Below are positions 1-14,487 of a DNA stretch of 64,000 nt, piece by piece; within the stretch, counting starts at the first letter, position 1; every line of letters starts with the position of its first letter. The notes below the pieces were generated by a model. That model worked only from the letters and a program-made list of their open reading frames with translations. It was not told the origin of the DNA and made no database searches. Position numbers and translations under genes: made by a program. The stretch is from the NCBI GenBank assembly GCA_964016885.1, contig OZ024742.1:230950001-231014000 (forward strand). The letters are read 5' to 3'. The DNA is from Eledone cirrhosa. Its lineage: Eukaryota.

Positions 1-699
1 TTGGGAAATTACACAATGGTGTATAGTCTATTGTAATCTTCGAGGATTCAAAATGGCGAATTGTACGTAGCCAGTAAAATGATTTTAAAATTAATTTCAG
101 TCTATTGTGGTCCCCATTCTTTACAATCACTACGATGCATTGTTAATAAGATTACATACTTGTATTCATTCCCTTTGGAATGAGATTACACAATCAGGCT
201 TATGTTCGAAAACAAATTTGTTAGAAAAATATAGGAAAAGTATCTTTAAGATTTCTATCTAGTTAGAATCCCTAAAAGTGTTTCGACGAAAATATATGAG
301 AGAAACAAAATTTATGTTGATATGATACAATCCGTAATCCCAAAGTTTTTTCTACTGTCCGTTTTAAAACTTTCTATAAAGTTACTCAAACATGTCTTAA
401 ATACATTATTGAAATGACATAAATGTAGTTGCTTTCCTTCAATACATCTGACATAGATGTTTCACCCACTGACAACAGCCGTTAAGTTTCAGTTATAAAA
501 TGTTTGTTATATGTCATATATGCACTTATGACCTACTGCTGGCTCCAGTTTTAAAGTAGTAAGCGAAGTGATTTTAAAAGAATTTCCACTGACATTTTTA
601 CAGATATATCAGAAACTTAATATACAGAGGAAAAAGACTTCCATATTCTTCAAACGTCTAGTCTAGACATTTAGTACATCATAATTATATGTCACATTT

Positions 700-752
<53 letters not shown>

Positions 753-2304
753 CCTGAAAGCAGCGTTCTAAGTAAAGTGTATACATAGAAATAGTTTCGT
801 TGCCTGAAGAGGCAAGGCGGGAAAAGAAAACTCCAGTCAGTTGGGACTATCATCGCAATTTCAAGAACGAAACTCCATTTAGTAGTGAACAGCAAGCAAT
901 GAATAAATCCCATGCCTCCTGGTTGATCCAAACTTTTTTACTGCGATATATAGAAGCACTTAACTCCATAATACACCATACAGTTCCAACACCATAATAG
1001 CAACTCTACTGTATTTTGTGAAGACACTTCACTCTGTATACATTACGTTACTGTTGTTGTTGCTGGGGATTTAACGCGTAAGTTGATTGGTTGACTGGTT
1101 GGTAGGTTTTTCACTGAATCAGTTCCAGATCAACTCTGGACGGGAAAACCGATTATAAAAGCATTCTAATCATAACTATCCTGTCTTTATTCGTGAGCTT
1201 GTGAATCAATGACTATATTATTCAATGCATTCTTTATTTTTAAAACGTTAGAATGTGTGATGTAAGCGAGATATAGCTGCGACATATAGCATGTCAAACA
1301 AGCCTGTAGAGACACCTATGGTGATTTGTATTTCATCGTTATATAATCCAAGGGACTTAGTGATCGGGGAAATTTAGTGACAGAGCAATGAACAGATTGC
1401 TAATTCAATAAATGTGAATTGAAATAAGTTTTATGAAGTAGACGGGGACTCCACAGCTTTGATTCCCACTTAAATCCTTCACGCTTCACTTATGTCAATA
1501 AATAATACGTTTGGGAACGAGTTATAATGTTACAAATGACAAGATACTGATGAAGTGCGGGAAAATCAGATTATCGCTACCTTTTACAGAACTATAGTCA
1601 GTGGAAACGAATAAAGCGACGCAAAAGAACCTACACCTTATTCTCATAACCTAATAAGTTGAGTTAAACAATAATCCTTTAATGATATTCTCACAACAAA
1701 ATGAGTTGAGTTAAACAATAAACCATATAGCATACACTTGTAAACAAATGAGTTAAAGGAATGATTTGAATAAAAAAGAGTAATTTAATCTTGTTGATAC
1801 CAAACTGATGAAACCGCCCCTTTTTCTATGACACAAAGCTGTTTATTTTAAACAATATATATTCATTTAAATGTCTTCCATTGTAACGTTATGTAACATT
1901 TGTTATGTTATGTTCCAAACAACAGCTTGATAAGATGAAAGTTTGTCACATTACTAAACTCTTTCAAAGATTTGATCATTTCCAAAATCAAGCCTACTGT
2001 TACCAATTAAAAATATTGGTAACAATTGGTTTAAGAAATATTCTTCCATAAACTCTAACCTTTATGTTAGTCTTTATATGGACTTGTATCTTGTTCTGGG
2101 TCCGGAGGAGTGCAGCACACCAACTCTGCCTCAATTCTGAGGAGTTTTGAACCCATGCACTTGAATATTAAATATATGTAAATAAACTTACATGACTAGC
2201 TCAATAGCACCAACTGCCGAAGTATTTAAAATCCCTTTTCATATTTAAATTATACTTTTTACACCGTATATAGATAGGAATAAAATGGCATATACATACA
2301 CAAT

Positions 2305-2374
<70 letters not shown>

Positions 2375-2377
<3 letters not shown>

Positions 2378-3118
2378 TCATAATCTATAAAGCTCAGTGT
2401 GTGGTCATGCTCCTTCGTTATAGAAATCTACGATATAGAATTTCTTCAATTGAAATTTACAATTAAGTATTCGAAATAGTTTCGATTGCGTCTTGACGCA
2501 TTCATTTTTTCAATTTCACCCACAATTACGCAAAAAATAGATAAAACTCAATATTTTACGATTTTTCTCTCTCATTTAAACTGCTGAACTCTTTCTACTA
2601 CCATTCAAAATCTATACAACTCCCTACTGTCTTAAATTTAGAAAACATATCTTCTATGAGGTCACTAAACCTGCTAGAAACAGCAGCTAACTCTCCCCCA
2701 TATCACACCACTCCCTACTGTCTTAAATTTAGAAAACACATATCCTCTATGAGGTCACTAAACCTGCTAGAAACAACAGCTAACTCTCCCTCATATCACA
2801 ACCCTCCCTACTGTCTTAAATTTAGAAAACACACAGACAACCATGCAGAACAACTCCATCGCACCTCTGTTGTTCGGCTGGCATCGTCTACGCGCGTGTT
2901 GCGCAAGTACTGCGAAACAATAAATTTCAACACTTTTTTGCACAGAGATAATATCCATAGGCGAAACTACAATTGTCACTGCTGGCGCAGCTCATGCTTC
3001 CAGGTCTGCAATTCATTCACCCAGTGCCTGGCAGACAAAAAAGTGCTGCCATAAAATGGGTGGTGCAACCTAACTTTGGTAACTTAATGACCCCGAGCAA
3101 CGCCGGGCTTTAATGCTA

Positions 3119-3120
<2 letters not shown>
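2375..3120 (+). mobile_element. Non-autonomous Helitron-like element with an internal ~91-bp tandem repeat (2619-2833)
   Basis: 5' end resembles ATCTATA(T)AAAGCT..GTGTGTG. 3' end has the GC hairpin CCCGAGCAACGCCGGG followed by CTAGT (3092-3120), the typical Helitron terminus. The internal unit CTCCCTACTGTCTTAAATTTAGAAAAC... occurs about 2.3 times. Confidence 0.6.
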
Positions 3121-3180
<60 letters not shown>

Positions 3181-3254
3181 ATCGGATTGCATACACCGCC
3201 GGGCTGGATGTGGTATAACGACCGCAAATGTAGGATCAATCGGGTGGGATTTGC

Positions 3255-3600
3255 GGGTGACATGTTATTACTTAACTTCTCATTTGGTAGATTTGCTGCC
3301 GAGTGCTGCACGGCTGAAATAAAAATCAGTACTGCCAACACTAAGACACTCATCCGCTCAATGAAGCCTGCGCAGTGCACTCGTGTGCATGTAGATTCAC
3401 TGAAGCAGGTGGAGATGTTCGAGTATCTCGGTGTCGTATTCACAAGTAATGAACGGCAGTGGGCTGGATTAAGAATTTCAGAAGCTGGTGCAGTAATGTG
3501 CCAGCTTCAACTTTCGGTCTTCCGAAGAAATGAGGTAGGTGTAAAAGCTAAGCTCATAATTTTCAATTCCATATTCGTCCCACTCCTATGGACTATGGTC
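3255..3600 (+). mobile_element. RTE-clade LINE reverse transcriptase C-terminal fragment
   Basis: LKQVEMFEYLGVVFTSNE...RISEAGAVMCQL...AKLIIFNSIFVPLL matches the RTE (Expander/Rex3-like) thumb-region pattern xxQVExFKYLGVxFTS...RIxxAxAVM...KAKLxIYxSIxVPTL. Confidence 0.8.
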
Positions 3601-3741
3601 AAGAAGAAGAAGAAGAAGAAGAAGAAGAAGAAGAAGAAGAAGAAGAAGAAGAAGAAGAAGAAGAAGAAGAAGAAGAAGAAGAAGAAGAAGAAGAAGAAGA
3701 AGAAGAAGAAGAAGAAGAAGAAGAAGAAGAAGAAGAAGAAG
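3601..3741. repeat. (AAG)n microsatellite
   Basis: Pure AAG run; it explains the poly-Lys in ORF 3187-3831. Confidence 0.98.
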
Positions 3742-5041
3742 ACTAGTGTATGTAGAGAGATATTTGATGTGGTGTTAGTATATTACTTCTTCAGCTATAT
3801 TGTCTATATTGTTACCAAGTCAGGGTTTTAGCAACATGCCAATGTATATTGGTTTCACTTTCTACTTTACTATTGTATCACACTACCAAATCATTGGAAA
3901 AATTTCTTTGAAACTTCCCACTTTTCTATTCTCTATTATGATATTTATTGTGAATATCTAATGAACAAAAGAATTGGTTCCAACTTCTGCTTCTGTAAAG
4001 CTGACTCTATCAATAGACAGGCATACAGTACCTACGCAACGAGCCACTATGATTTAGAGGTAATGAAAATAAATGCATTTGAATATAAAATCACACGCGT
4101 TAGACGTTCATTCTTCGAAGCTAGTGTGATGAAATGGTCCAACATCAGTTTCGACTATGAGTATTCCAGTTGTTCAATCATCGGAACTACATGCTCGTGG
4201 AATTAATGTGCATGTGGTTGAGTACTCCACAGGACATATGCATTCTGGAATAATCAGCATGATACAATATGTGACAAATCTGGCCCTTTGAATTATATGT
4301 AGAGTCGGACATGTATCAGCATGTATGTCCCTGAATATTTGACATGCAAGTGTACCCATAATGTAAATCTCAGGGAGATTCGGCGTAGCACGATATGTGA
4401 CAAGGTTGTCCTTTTGAATTACAAATACATTCTGACTTGTATTATCAGACAAGTGACTGAGCATTCGACACACTTAAGGTAATTCTCACAGGTTCAGTGT
4501 AACACAATATGTGATAAGGATATACCTTTGAATTACGAGAACTCTCCATCCAACAGGCTTCAAAGTAGTTTCTGTCACAGAGAACGCTTGAGGCTATGAT
4601 ACCAGTGCTATCCCAGGATAGCACTGTCGGAATGTGTCACGCAGTGGAATCGCAACCGCGACCTTATGATTGCAAAGCAAAGTTTTAATAATTTGACTAC
4701 GCTGCTTCCATTGAAAGGCTTATTAATACAATCACCATTTACATGTTATTAAAAGGACATACACGTATTAATGGAGATAGGCGCATACATACATGTATAC
4801 AAACTGTAGCATTAGCATACTCTTAGATATATACAAGAAAATATATCTGCATATAGAGCCAGGTGTACTATGTCGAGCCATTATCACAAACGTATTCAGT
4901 GGCAGAGAATAAAACAACAATAATAACAGCAGCACCCGGTTTAATATTATCGCAATAAAAGTATTATATAGTCGCAGAGTACTGATTAAACAGGTATGTA
5001 TTCAAGGCCTAGTGATATACAATTGTTAATGATTGTATAAG

Positions 5042-5198
<157 letters not shown>

Positions 5199-5287
5199 GA
5201 GAGAGAGAGCGAGAGAGATGTATATAAATGTGTGTATGTGTGTGTATAAAGAGAGAGAGAGAGATGTATATATATATATGTGTGTGG

Positions 5288-5319
<32 letters not shown>

Positions 5320-5389
5320 ATATATATATATATACGTGGGAAAGTAAGAAATCGGAGAATAGACCGTTAAAACATGTTTATTTAAAACA

Positions 5390-5429
5390 GCACCTACGTA
5401 CGTTTCGCTCAGTTGGGCTTCTCAAGGGC
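5390..5429 (-). ncRNA. Minimal type I hammerhead ribozyme, U3-A8 core variant
   Basis: Minus strand: gcc-c UUGAGAA gcccaacugagc GAAAC guac GUA ggugc, then AAUAAA. Stem III is the palindrome ACGUACGU. The host is a ~320-bp unique element between (TA)n tracts. Confidence 0.65.
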
Positions 5430-5668
5430 ATAAATAATCAAAAGTGCTCCTTACATTGCTCGGAAAGAGTTTTGGGGGTTAAATCCACGTCAAGGTTCAT
5501 TGCTCGCAAAAATAGCTTGTTTTGATTTTGCAGCAGGTCAAGGGAGGTAACTCTGGCCGGTGTTAGGGAAGTCTTTCCCGGACAAATTATTTTATCCGCT
5601 ACGAGATGAGGTTACAGCCTTACCATTGTAGATACGCATGTAATCAACGCTTATTTTGAGAGTTTTTT

Positions 5669-5747
<79 letters not shown>

Positions 5748-5970
5748 CCTACATATTTATATGTATATACACAACTATATATGTATATATATATATATAT
5801 ATATATACACACAGCTATATATGTATATATACTTATATATGTGTGTATGTATAAATATACATACATAATTTATATATATATATATAATATATATAATATA
5901 TAATACATATATATATATATATATATATATAAATGAAAATATAGAAATTTTTGTGAGCAAGAAGCGAACA

Positions 5971-6029
<59 letters not shown>

Positions 6030-6313
6030 TGTATGCCTTATTCACCATATTTCTACTTATATCTATATACAAGCATTTCAGCCGGCCATTTTATATCCTA
6101 TATATATATATGCTATATATATACAGGTTGATACGAATTGATTCATAGATAGATGTAGAGATAACGAAATCTCGTTGCTCCTATATTTCCTTGATATATT
6201 ATTTTTTACATCACATCCTTTTCCTTCTTGCTTTGTAGTTCATTTTGCTTGTTTTTTTCTATCTCAATTCATTATTCTTATTCTTATTATTCTTATTCTT
6301 ATTCTTCTTCTTC

Positions 6314-6409
<96 letters not shown>

Positions 6410-6743
6410 CCTGTGATCCAAATAATATAATTCTCATCTCATCCTAACCTTATTAGAAGGATCTCAGTAACACCAACCAATAAAAGAAAATCTTTTTCAT
6501 AACAGGATGAAAATGTCGAGATAAGCTGATTTCCTCATGATTCAATCATATTTCCCTATAACATTTTTCCTTTTTGTTTTGACTTTCTTTCTTCAAATAT
6601 ACACACTAAGAATAATATTAATATATCCATATCCATAGATATTCTCAGAAGAGATATTAGTTGGAAATCATCTTTCTGCAACAGTAAATATTAGGTGCTA
6701 CTTACACTTTCAAAAGAAACCAAACCATATATATACAAACATA

Positions 6744-6799
<56 letters not shown>

Positions 6800-6873
6800 T
6801 GCGTGTGAGGTGTTAGTTTGTCAATATATGTGTGTGTGTATATATATATTAAAGAGAGAGAGGCGGGATATAT

Positions 6874-6945
<72 letters not shown>

Positions 6946-7040
6946 CTATTTCACTTTTGTATATACTTTTCTGCATAGTTTTCTCAAGAATGATTATTAT
7001 TATTATCATTATTATTATATAAATAATAAAAAATCTTTAG

Positions 7041-7120
7041 ACGCACAAAACCCACATCGTACCGTCCTGTGCCGTCTGTAATGTTTTTCTTAATGCCAGC
7101 CCTTGTGGCCAATAAAGAAA

Positions 7121-7153
<33 letters not shown>
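7041..7153 (+). mobile_element. 3'-terminal fragment of the Tx1/L1-like LINE found at 51767-52784, with an (ATT)n tail
   Basis: ACGCACAAAACCCACATCGTACCGTCCTGT...CAATAAAGAAATC(ATT)n is the near-identical reverse complement of 51767-51848. Confidence 0.85.
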
Positions 7154-7154
<1 letters not shown>

Positions 7155-7340
7155 AGTTGCATTTATCTTGCTTTATGTTCATACGAGTTATCACCAAGTC
7201 ACAACCAGTGACCTCAAGAGACAACAAGGTCCGCCATGTTCAAGAAAGAACATACATACACACACATGCATCTTTAGTGTTTAGACTTGTGATGTACTTA
7301 TATTGACAGAATCTTCCTTAGTATATGGGCAGTTCCCATT

Positions 7341-7417
<77 letters not shown>

Positions 7418-7440
7418 CATTATTAGTAGTATTATTACTT

Positions 7441-7696
7441 GGCAGTAATGAGCGGTGGATTGGCAGTAATGAGCGGTGGATTGGCAGTATCGGTAGAGGG
7501 TCAGACGCCATGCTTTGCAAGCAAAGAGTTACGGCCCTTTATTGTCTGAGTTCAAATCCTGCCGAGGTTAACTTTGCCTTTCATCCTTACGGGGTCGATA
7601 AAATAAAGTACCAGTCACGCACTGGGGGTCGATTTAATCGATTTTCCCCTCCCCCCAAATTACTGGCCTTGTGCCTATATAAGAAACCATTATTAG
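7441..7696 (+). mobile_element. tRNA-derived SINE, family 1 (near full length)
   Basis: B-box-like GAGTTCAAATCC, core ACTTTGCCTTTCATCCTTACGGGGTCGATAAAATAAAGTACCAG, tail GGCCTTGTGCC..AGAAA.CATTATT. More than 10 copies occur in the window. Confidence 0.85.
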
Positions 7697-7980
7697 CGTG
7701 ACCTGTGTCAGATCGCATTATGATACGACACAAGTGTTATGGTTAATATTCAAATTTATTTCTCAATACAAACGGAACATAATTTATAAGAAGAATGAAG
7801 TAAAGTCTATTAAATAGTTTTTACTATAAGAGAGACTTTATATATTTTATCTCATCACAAAAGCAGTAATGAAATATAAGTCTTGTCTTAAAATAGTTAT
7901 TCATATTGAAAAGGAAAGCATCCGGAACAGACTTCCTATCGTATCGAGAGTAGCGAACATTCACAATGATGCACTGTACG

Positions 7981-8063
<83 letters not shown>

Positions 8064-8082
8064 ATATATATATATATATGTG

Positions 8083-8115
<33 letters not shown>

Positions 8116-8116
8116 G

Positions 8117-8183
<67 letters not shown>

Positions 8184-8218
8184 GTGTATATATATATGTG
8201 TGTATATATATGTATATA

Positions 8219-8291
<73 letters not shown>

Positions 8292-8453
8292 ATGCGTGGC
8301 CTCGATGTGTTCTTCAGAAGAAATTTTTATCGCGTTGCTGTCAGGGATGGCGTTTGGCAGATAGAGTCAGCATTGGAAATCTCGGCTCCATTCCACCGAC
8401 ACATGCACACACACACACACACACACAACACACACACACACAACACGCACACG

Positions 8454-8511
<58 letters not shown>

Positions 8512-8519
8512 TCGCGTCG

Positions 8520-8780
8520 TAGATATTTCCAACGACAGAAAAATGCAAGCATTTTGAGAATAAAATATTTTAAGCCAGTAGTAGTTTTGAAATTCCTAAA
8601 TAGATATCTAAAGAAAAGACAAAAAAAAGTTTCAGATTCGAATATTTTACTCGAAATTTAAAGAAGCTTAATAGAATATGTGGTTTCTCTGATAGACAAA
8701 GTCCACATCTTCTAGAATCATCAATGCAGAGGTACACATTTCCTTTAAACAAGCATTTACCATATCCTGAAAGATAGTTA
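8520..8780 (-). pseudogene. Internally deleted PLE GIY-YIG endonuclease remnant
   Basis: Minus-strand pieces GKCLFKGNVYLC, SRRCGLCLSEKPHIL and FFCRWK parallel RCLDSSMVYLC, SRCGFCNLELLHIL and IFCRHK of the PLE at 48292-48720. Confidence 0.6.
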
Positions 8781-9103
8781 CTGTTGAAAAAAATGTATTC
8801 AGCATGAAAACTTTATTTACAATAACCACTCTACTTGATTCTGGGTATTTTGTAAATATAATACTACCGACGTTAAAATATCTCGTATTTTTCTTGTGAA
8901 TAAATGTATATATATATATATAACAAATTTAATCCTCTCCTGAATGAAACAGGTTCTAGTCTTCTCGAAGTCATTTCTATATTAAATTTATTGTATGCAC
9001 TCTACTAATATATTGAGTACCATTCTTACTGTCGTTCCCCCCAATTGAACCCGTGACTCTCACACACACACACGCATATATATATATATATAAATATAAA
9101 TAA

Positions 9104-9134
<31 letters not shown>

Positions 9135-9139
9135 ATTCC

Positions 9140-9586
<447 letters not shown>

Positions 9587-9591
9587 CATAC

Positions 9592-9623
<32 letters not shown>

Positions 9624-10049
9624 GTATGTGTATATATATATAGGTATATAGAAAGAGAGAGAGGGGGAGATGTTCTGCGTATGACAATAAGAATAGATGA
9701 ATGTGACATATATTTTAAAGTTTGTAGAAGGTAAGGCCATCAAATCTTGATTGATTTATAAATATTTTGCTTATTATAAATATTTGAAACACTGCATCTC
9801 TTACTCATTCGTTTGACTAAGCGGCAACGTGAAACTCCCATATACCGACCCAATAAGATTCAGTTTTCTAATGAATTGCACAAGCTTTACTTTATGTATT
9901 TACCTTGTCTTCGTTTGTAAACAAATATGGATACGTGTCTGTACACATACATATAGTTGTCTATATGTACACGCACGCCCACATATATATAAGCGTATAC
10001 ATGCATGAATATGTATACATCTGTATGTATATATGCACACGTATATATG

Positions 10050-10370
10050 CACATATACATACATACATACAAACATACATACATACATACATACATACAT
10101 ACATTCATACATTCATACATACATACATACATACATACATACATACATACATACAAATATACATACATACATACATACATACATACATACATACGTACGT
10201 ACATACATACATACATACATACATACATACATACATACATACATACATACAAACATACATACATACATACAAACATACATACATACATACATACATACAT
10301 ACATACATACATACATACATACATACATACATACATACATACATACATACATACATACATACATACATAC
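10050..10370. repeat. (ACAT)n tetranucleotide microsatellite
   Basis: About 320 bp of near-pure ACAT repeat. Confidence 0.97.
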
Positions 10371-12470
10371 CATCAATGAAAGAGACTGGCGAGTGAGTTA
10401 AAAACAAAAAAACAGCAATGTTGATAAATTAATAAATTTAATAAGTATTATGGTAATACAATAAATTGAAAAGCGAAAAGGGGAAGTAATTCGGTTAGAA
10501 ATGTTTGCAATTCTAATAAAGATATCAAACAGAAACAGAAGGGGATGAGGAGATTGGAGATAGATTAGATGTAGAACCTTATTTAGATTGCTTATGTAAT
10601 GGAATTAACCATGTCAAGATCTATGACTTACTTAGCTACAGTAGGTTCTGTTATACTTTTAGCCAGCATAGAAAATATATGAGGGATCCTTCGTTGGTTT
10701 CCACGATCAGCATTCAGTTTTTTTGGTTCTTTTTTTATCAACTGAAATGAACATGAACATGAATGAACATGTGAGTCGTCGAGCATTCCACAAGCACGTG
10801 TGATTGACGTAATTCCCAAGTCGAATCACTGTAACAAAACGTATACGTTGATTTTGACGATTGACTCGTAGATTAACGTGTAAGCAGTTGAGTATTCCAC
10901 AAACACGTATAACCTTTGCGTAATTCTCGGGCAAAGTCAACCTCATACAATATGTAACAAAGACTGGGTCTTTGAATTACAGATACAGGCGATACAACAG
11001 GCTTACATAATGTTCCTGTCGACTAAATTTCACCCACTAAGTTTGGATTGACCCGAAGATGGCACTCAGTGTGATCGAGCCCCAGACCTCAAAGTATAGT
11101 TACTTATATGCACTCCGCCTATATTTCATGAATGTTTGTATATATATATATATATATATTTAAGAAATCTTGTATTCAACCTTGTAGAGCGACAAAACTA
11201 TTTGATGGGTTCTCCGTTGATATCGACGATCAGCATTTAATGGCTTGATCAATTGCTCTTCCACCTCGTGTAGTCGTATTGGCGTGATTCAACTTCTAAT
11301 ATAAAATGTTCGGTATGTATTGATTGATACGTTGATTCGAAGTCACGTTTCTTAACATAGAGTGAATGGAGAGACACACTAAGAAGGATAATTAACATAT
11401 ATGCTGAAGAAGGACTATACATACTGAACGGAGTGAGAGACTTAGATTAAAACTAAGAAATAGATGTAAATGATCTTTATGCTTGAGTGAGGACACACAC
11501 ACACATACACACTGAAGCCAAACATACACTGACGCGCGCATAGAAGTAATTATCGTCTGCCTGGTCAAAAGGGGACGAATATAACATTTGTTTTTTTTTT
11601 TCGTTGTTTTCTTTTTAACAAAAGTGTTTTGTGAAAATATATATTCCTTTACGTTATTTCTAATGAATCAACAGTAATCGTTGCGACCAAAGTATTCCTG
11701 ATATACTCAAACCTTATTTGGTAAACACTGTTGTTGTTCAGCTCAAGTTGAACTCAGACCGAGCTGACTTAAGATCAATGATGGTTCAACTACGACTATT
11801 TCCTTCTTTCTTTTTTCTTCAAGACTACATTTTCTAACGTGCCCTACATCTTTAAGGAAGGTAAGGTGTAATCTCGGAAAGTTCTAGTTATTTCTAGAAG
11901 GTCCAGCAATCGTGTAGAGGCTATGCGTGTGGTTTTGTATTTCATATATATCAACCAATAAGCTAATTCACGGAATATTTCACCAAATATTTGCGAGCTT
12001 TATTGTACATAACCATCTCATTACCATATTTTTACTGAAAGTCCTATGATTTTCAAATAATTTTGAAAATAACCAAAAATTTGGAAGGGTTTAGTAATTT
12101 CTCATTATTAAGCTAACGTTTGAAACAAAAACCTCATATAAAATTATGATAGATAGATATTGGATTTTATTGGATAAACAATTTCGACAAAGCAGTGTTG
12201 TATCATAGAAGGAAGTGAGGTTTCAGGCAGTTTGGTGTCAAAATGTCAAAAAGAGTAACGGAATGGAAAATAGGAAACATTCACAAAACGTCTAGAGAAA
12301 CGTCAGGTGTTTTCAATTCACTTACTCCCTTCTCTCAAGAAAATAGGGACAAGACTTATATATATATATGTATATAATGTATGTATGTATATATATAAAT
12401 ATATATATCCGTATGTTGTTAACCGCTGAAAGGAAGGAGTATTCAATACCGAAGTAGAGTTTTAATATTG

Positions 12471-12595
12471 AATAATATTAAGGCTAATAAGTGAGTCTTG
12501 TTACTCTGGAGTATCACCTGTTTATCACGATAACCTTGTGATAAACAGGTGAAACTCCAGAGTAACATGACTCACTTTTTAACCTTAATATTATT
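12471..12595. repeat. Palindrome (~60-bp arms) carrying the 3' half of a hammerhead
   Basis: AATAATATTAAGG..GTGAGTC.TGTTACTCTGGAGT.TCACCTGTTTATCAC / GTGATAAACAGGTGAAACTCCAGAGTAACATGACTCAC..CCTTAATATTATT; contains GAAAC-UCCAGA-GUA. Confidence 0.9.
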
Positions 12596-12829
12596 GAGTA
12601 AATATATATATATTCTGTGAAAAATCTTTTCGCCGTTATCTTCTTTCAATTTCTTCTCTCTCCCATTCTATCTTCCTATGAATTTCCTACTATATCAAGC
12701 GTTAAAATAATATATATCATCATTGTACTGTATTGGCTTTCCGTGTTGTTTTTCCTTGTTGACCTTACTTATATATATATTCAACATTTAATGGTCCATG
12801 AAAATCCAACCTTTCGTGAAACTGATCTA

Positions 12830-13300
12830 CCAATTTTGATATATTTCCAACAAGAGAAAACAAAATCTATCACGTCTGAATAACACACATGATCTTAGGA
12901 TTTAAGAGTTGAAGCTCATCATCACCATCACACAACATCTACCTCTTTTGAAAAAGAGTTCATAACTCTAACATATCATTAAAAGTGTTAACTATCGTTT
13001 ATTTATCTTACTTTACTCTCGTTTTCACACCTTTATTTCTTACATTATACTGACTTTCCCATAACAATGCTTACTCATGATCTTAATATAACATCTAACC
13101 TGTTCATTACAGCTTTTAAAATGATAATTTCACACCCCAGAACAATATAAGACAACGTAAAACAATATTGATATACAATATTAAAATTCAAGCTGCAATA
13201 ATTTGTACTTACACATCTGACTGGTGTTTTAACACCCAACATATTTATTGATGTAACAGTTAAACAACCTTCCCAACCCTCAACAAGTTTCTCCAACGCC
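12830..13300 (-). pseudogene. Possible highly degraded PLE GIY-YIG remnant
   Basis: Minus-strand pieces CSLNFNIVYQ..SYIVLGCE, MLCDGDDELQLLN and FSCWKYI resemble the 8520-8780 remnant; many stops. Confidence 0.3.
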
Positions 13301-13898
13301 TTTCAAGATGATCCATAATTTGACTCTGTTGAAACACATTAATGAAAATAACATCTATATTTCCAATAAACTTTGTTAAAATGCTATCATATGAAAATAG
13401 CTAATATACTAAACATGAGAGCCAATAATTGTATGTGTAATATTTATACATGTCTAGTATATATAGTGTATATAAATGTTTATATAAGTGTTTGAATATT
13501 CATAAATATATATACATTTAATTTTACTAGGAAAAGGGTACAGAGACTTCAAAGTTTCGCCAGTTGTTGACTTCGCCATATTGCAATTTCTGGAGTTATT
13601 TATGCTGTTTTATGATTGTGGGTTGAGTATAATAGGTTTACTTATTCATCTATAAATATATAAAACACGGCTAAATGGAACTTATTGTAAACACTACCCA
13701 CAAGATCGACCCAACCTTATAAATAACAACAACGATTAGAGAAATTGCAGTCAAATGAAGCCTACCACAGATGAAACTTTGATGCCACTGTCATCCTTTT
13801 CCTTGTACAATACAAATGTTATACTTTACTCTATATGTTGAGTGCTTATTCAGTTGTTTGACTGTCTTTGTGTGTGGTTATATATAAAACACATACAT

Positions 13899-13974
<76 letters not shown>

Positions 13975-14300
13975 GTATGTATGTGTGCGTGAGGGTGTAT
14001 AAATACTGTGTCAAATTTCCCCCCATTCAGATTGACGGCATTTTTTTCTGGAATGAACGTGTTTTGAAGGTTGCACCATGGGTTAGTTTGCACGACGCAG
14101 TTGTATCACGGCGTCTCTTCAGCAGCGATCAATTGAACCGTGTTAACTGGCCCTAAGACGGCGACTCTGGACGACCGACTCTGCTGAACCAAAAATATAC
14201 ACATACTTGCAAGTGTAGTTAACACTGCTTACGGCAATCATATATGGCTGCAGAAATGACAACAATTTGTAAAAATAACTTGACACCGGTATGAAGGTTA

Positions 14301-14487
14301 TACTGTATTTCTCGGCGTCGAAGATGTTTCAACATCGGGGATATATCAACCCGTTTGAACTGCAAAATTTTGAAACACAAATGTGAACTATGACTAACGT
14401 AACCTTTGGCCTCTAAAACGCAAGTTAAATTTTCCAGATTTTTTTTTGGAAAACAAAACAGCTTCTTCTACGCCAGGAAATACGGTA
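14301..14487. mobile_element. pogo/Tigger-type MITE
   Basis: TIRs TACTGTATTTCTCGGCGTCGAAGA / TCTTCTACGCCAGGAAATACGGTA with TA ends. Confidence 0.7.

Noticed and set aside
799-892. CUGAAGA...GAAAC uccauuua GUA hammerhead-like motif beside (TA)n with a downstream AATAAA
   Set aside because: Stem II does not pair and stem I is poor; it may be a decayed HHR but cannot be supported.
1545-1580. CTGATGA...GAAA near match
   Set aside because: The 7-nt spacer cannot form stem II and there is no convincing stem I.
10625-10720. Possible minus-strand exon ending at a GTAAGT donor
   Set aside because: No recognisable protein similarity or partner exons; insufficient evidence.
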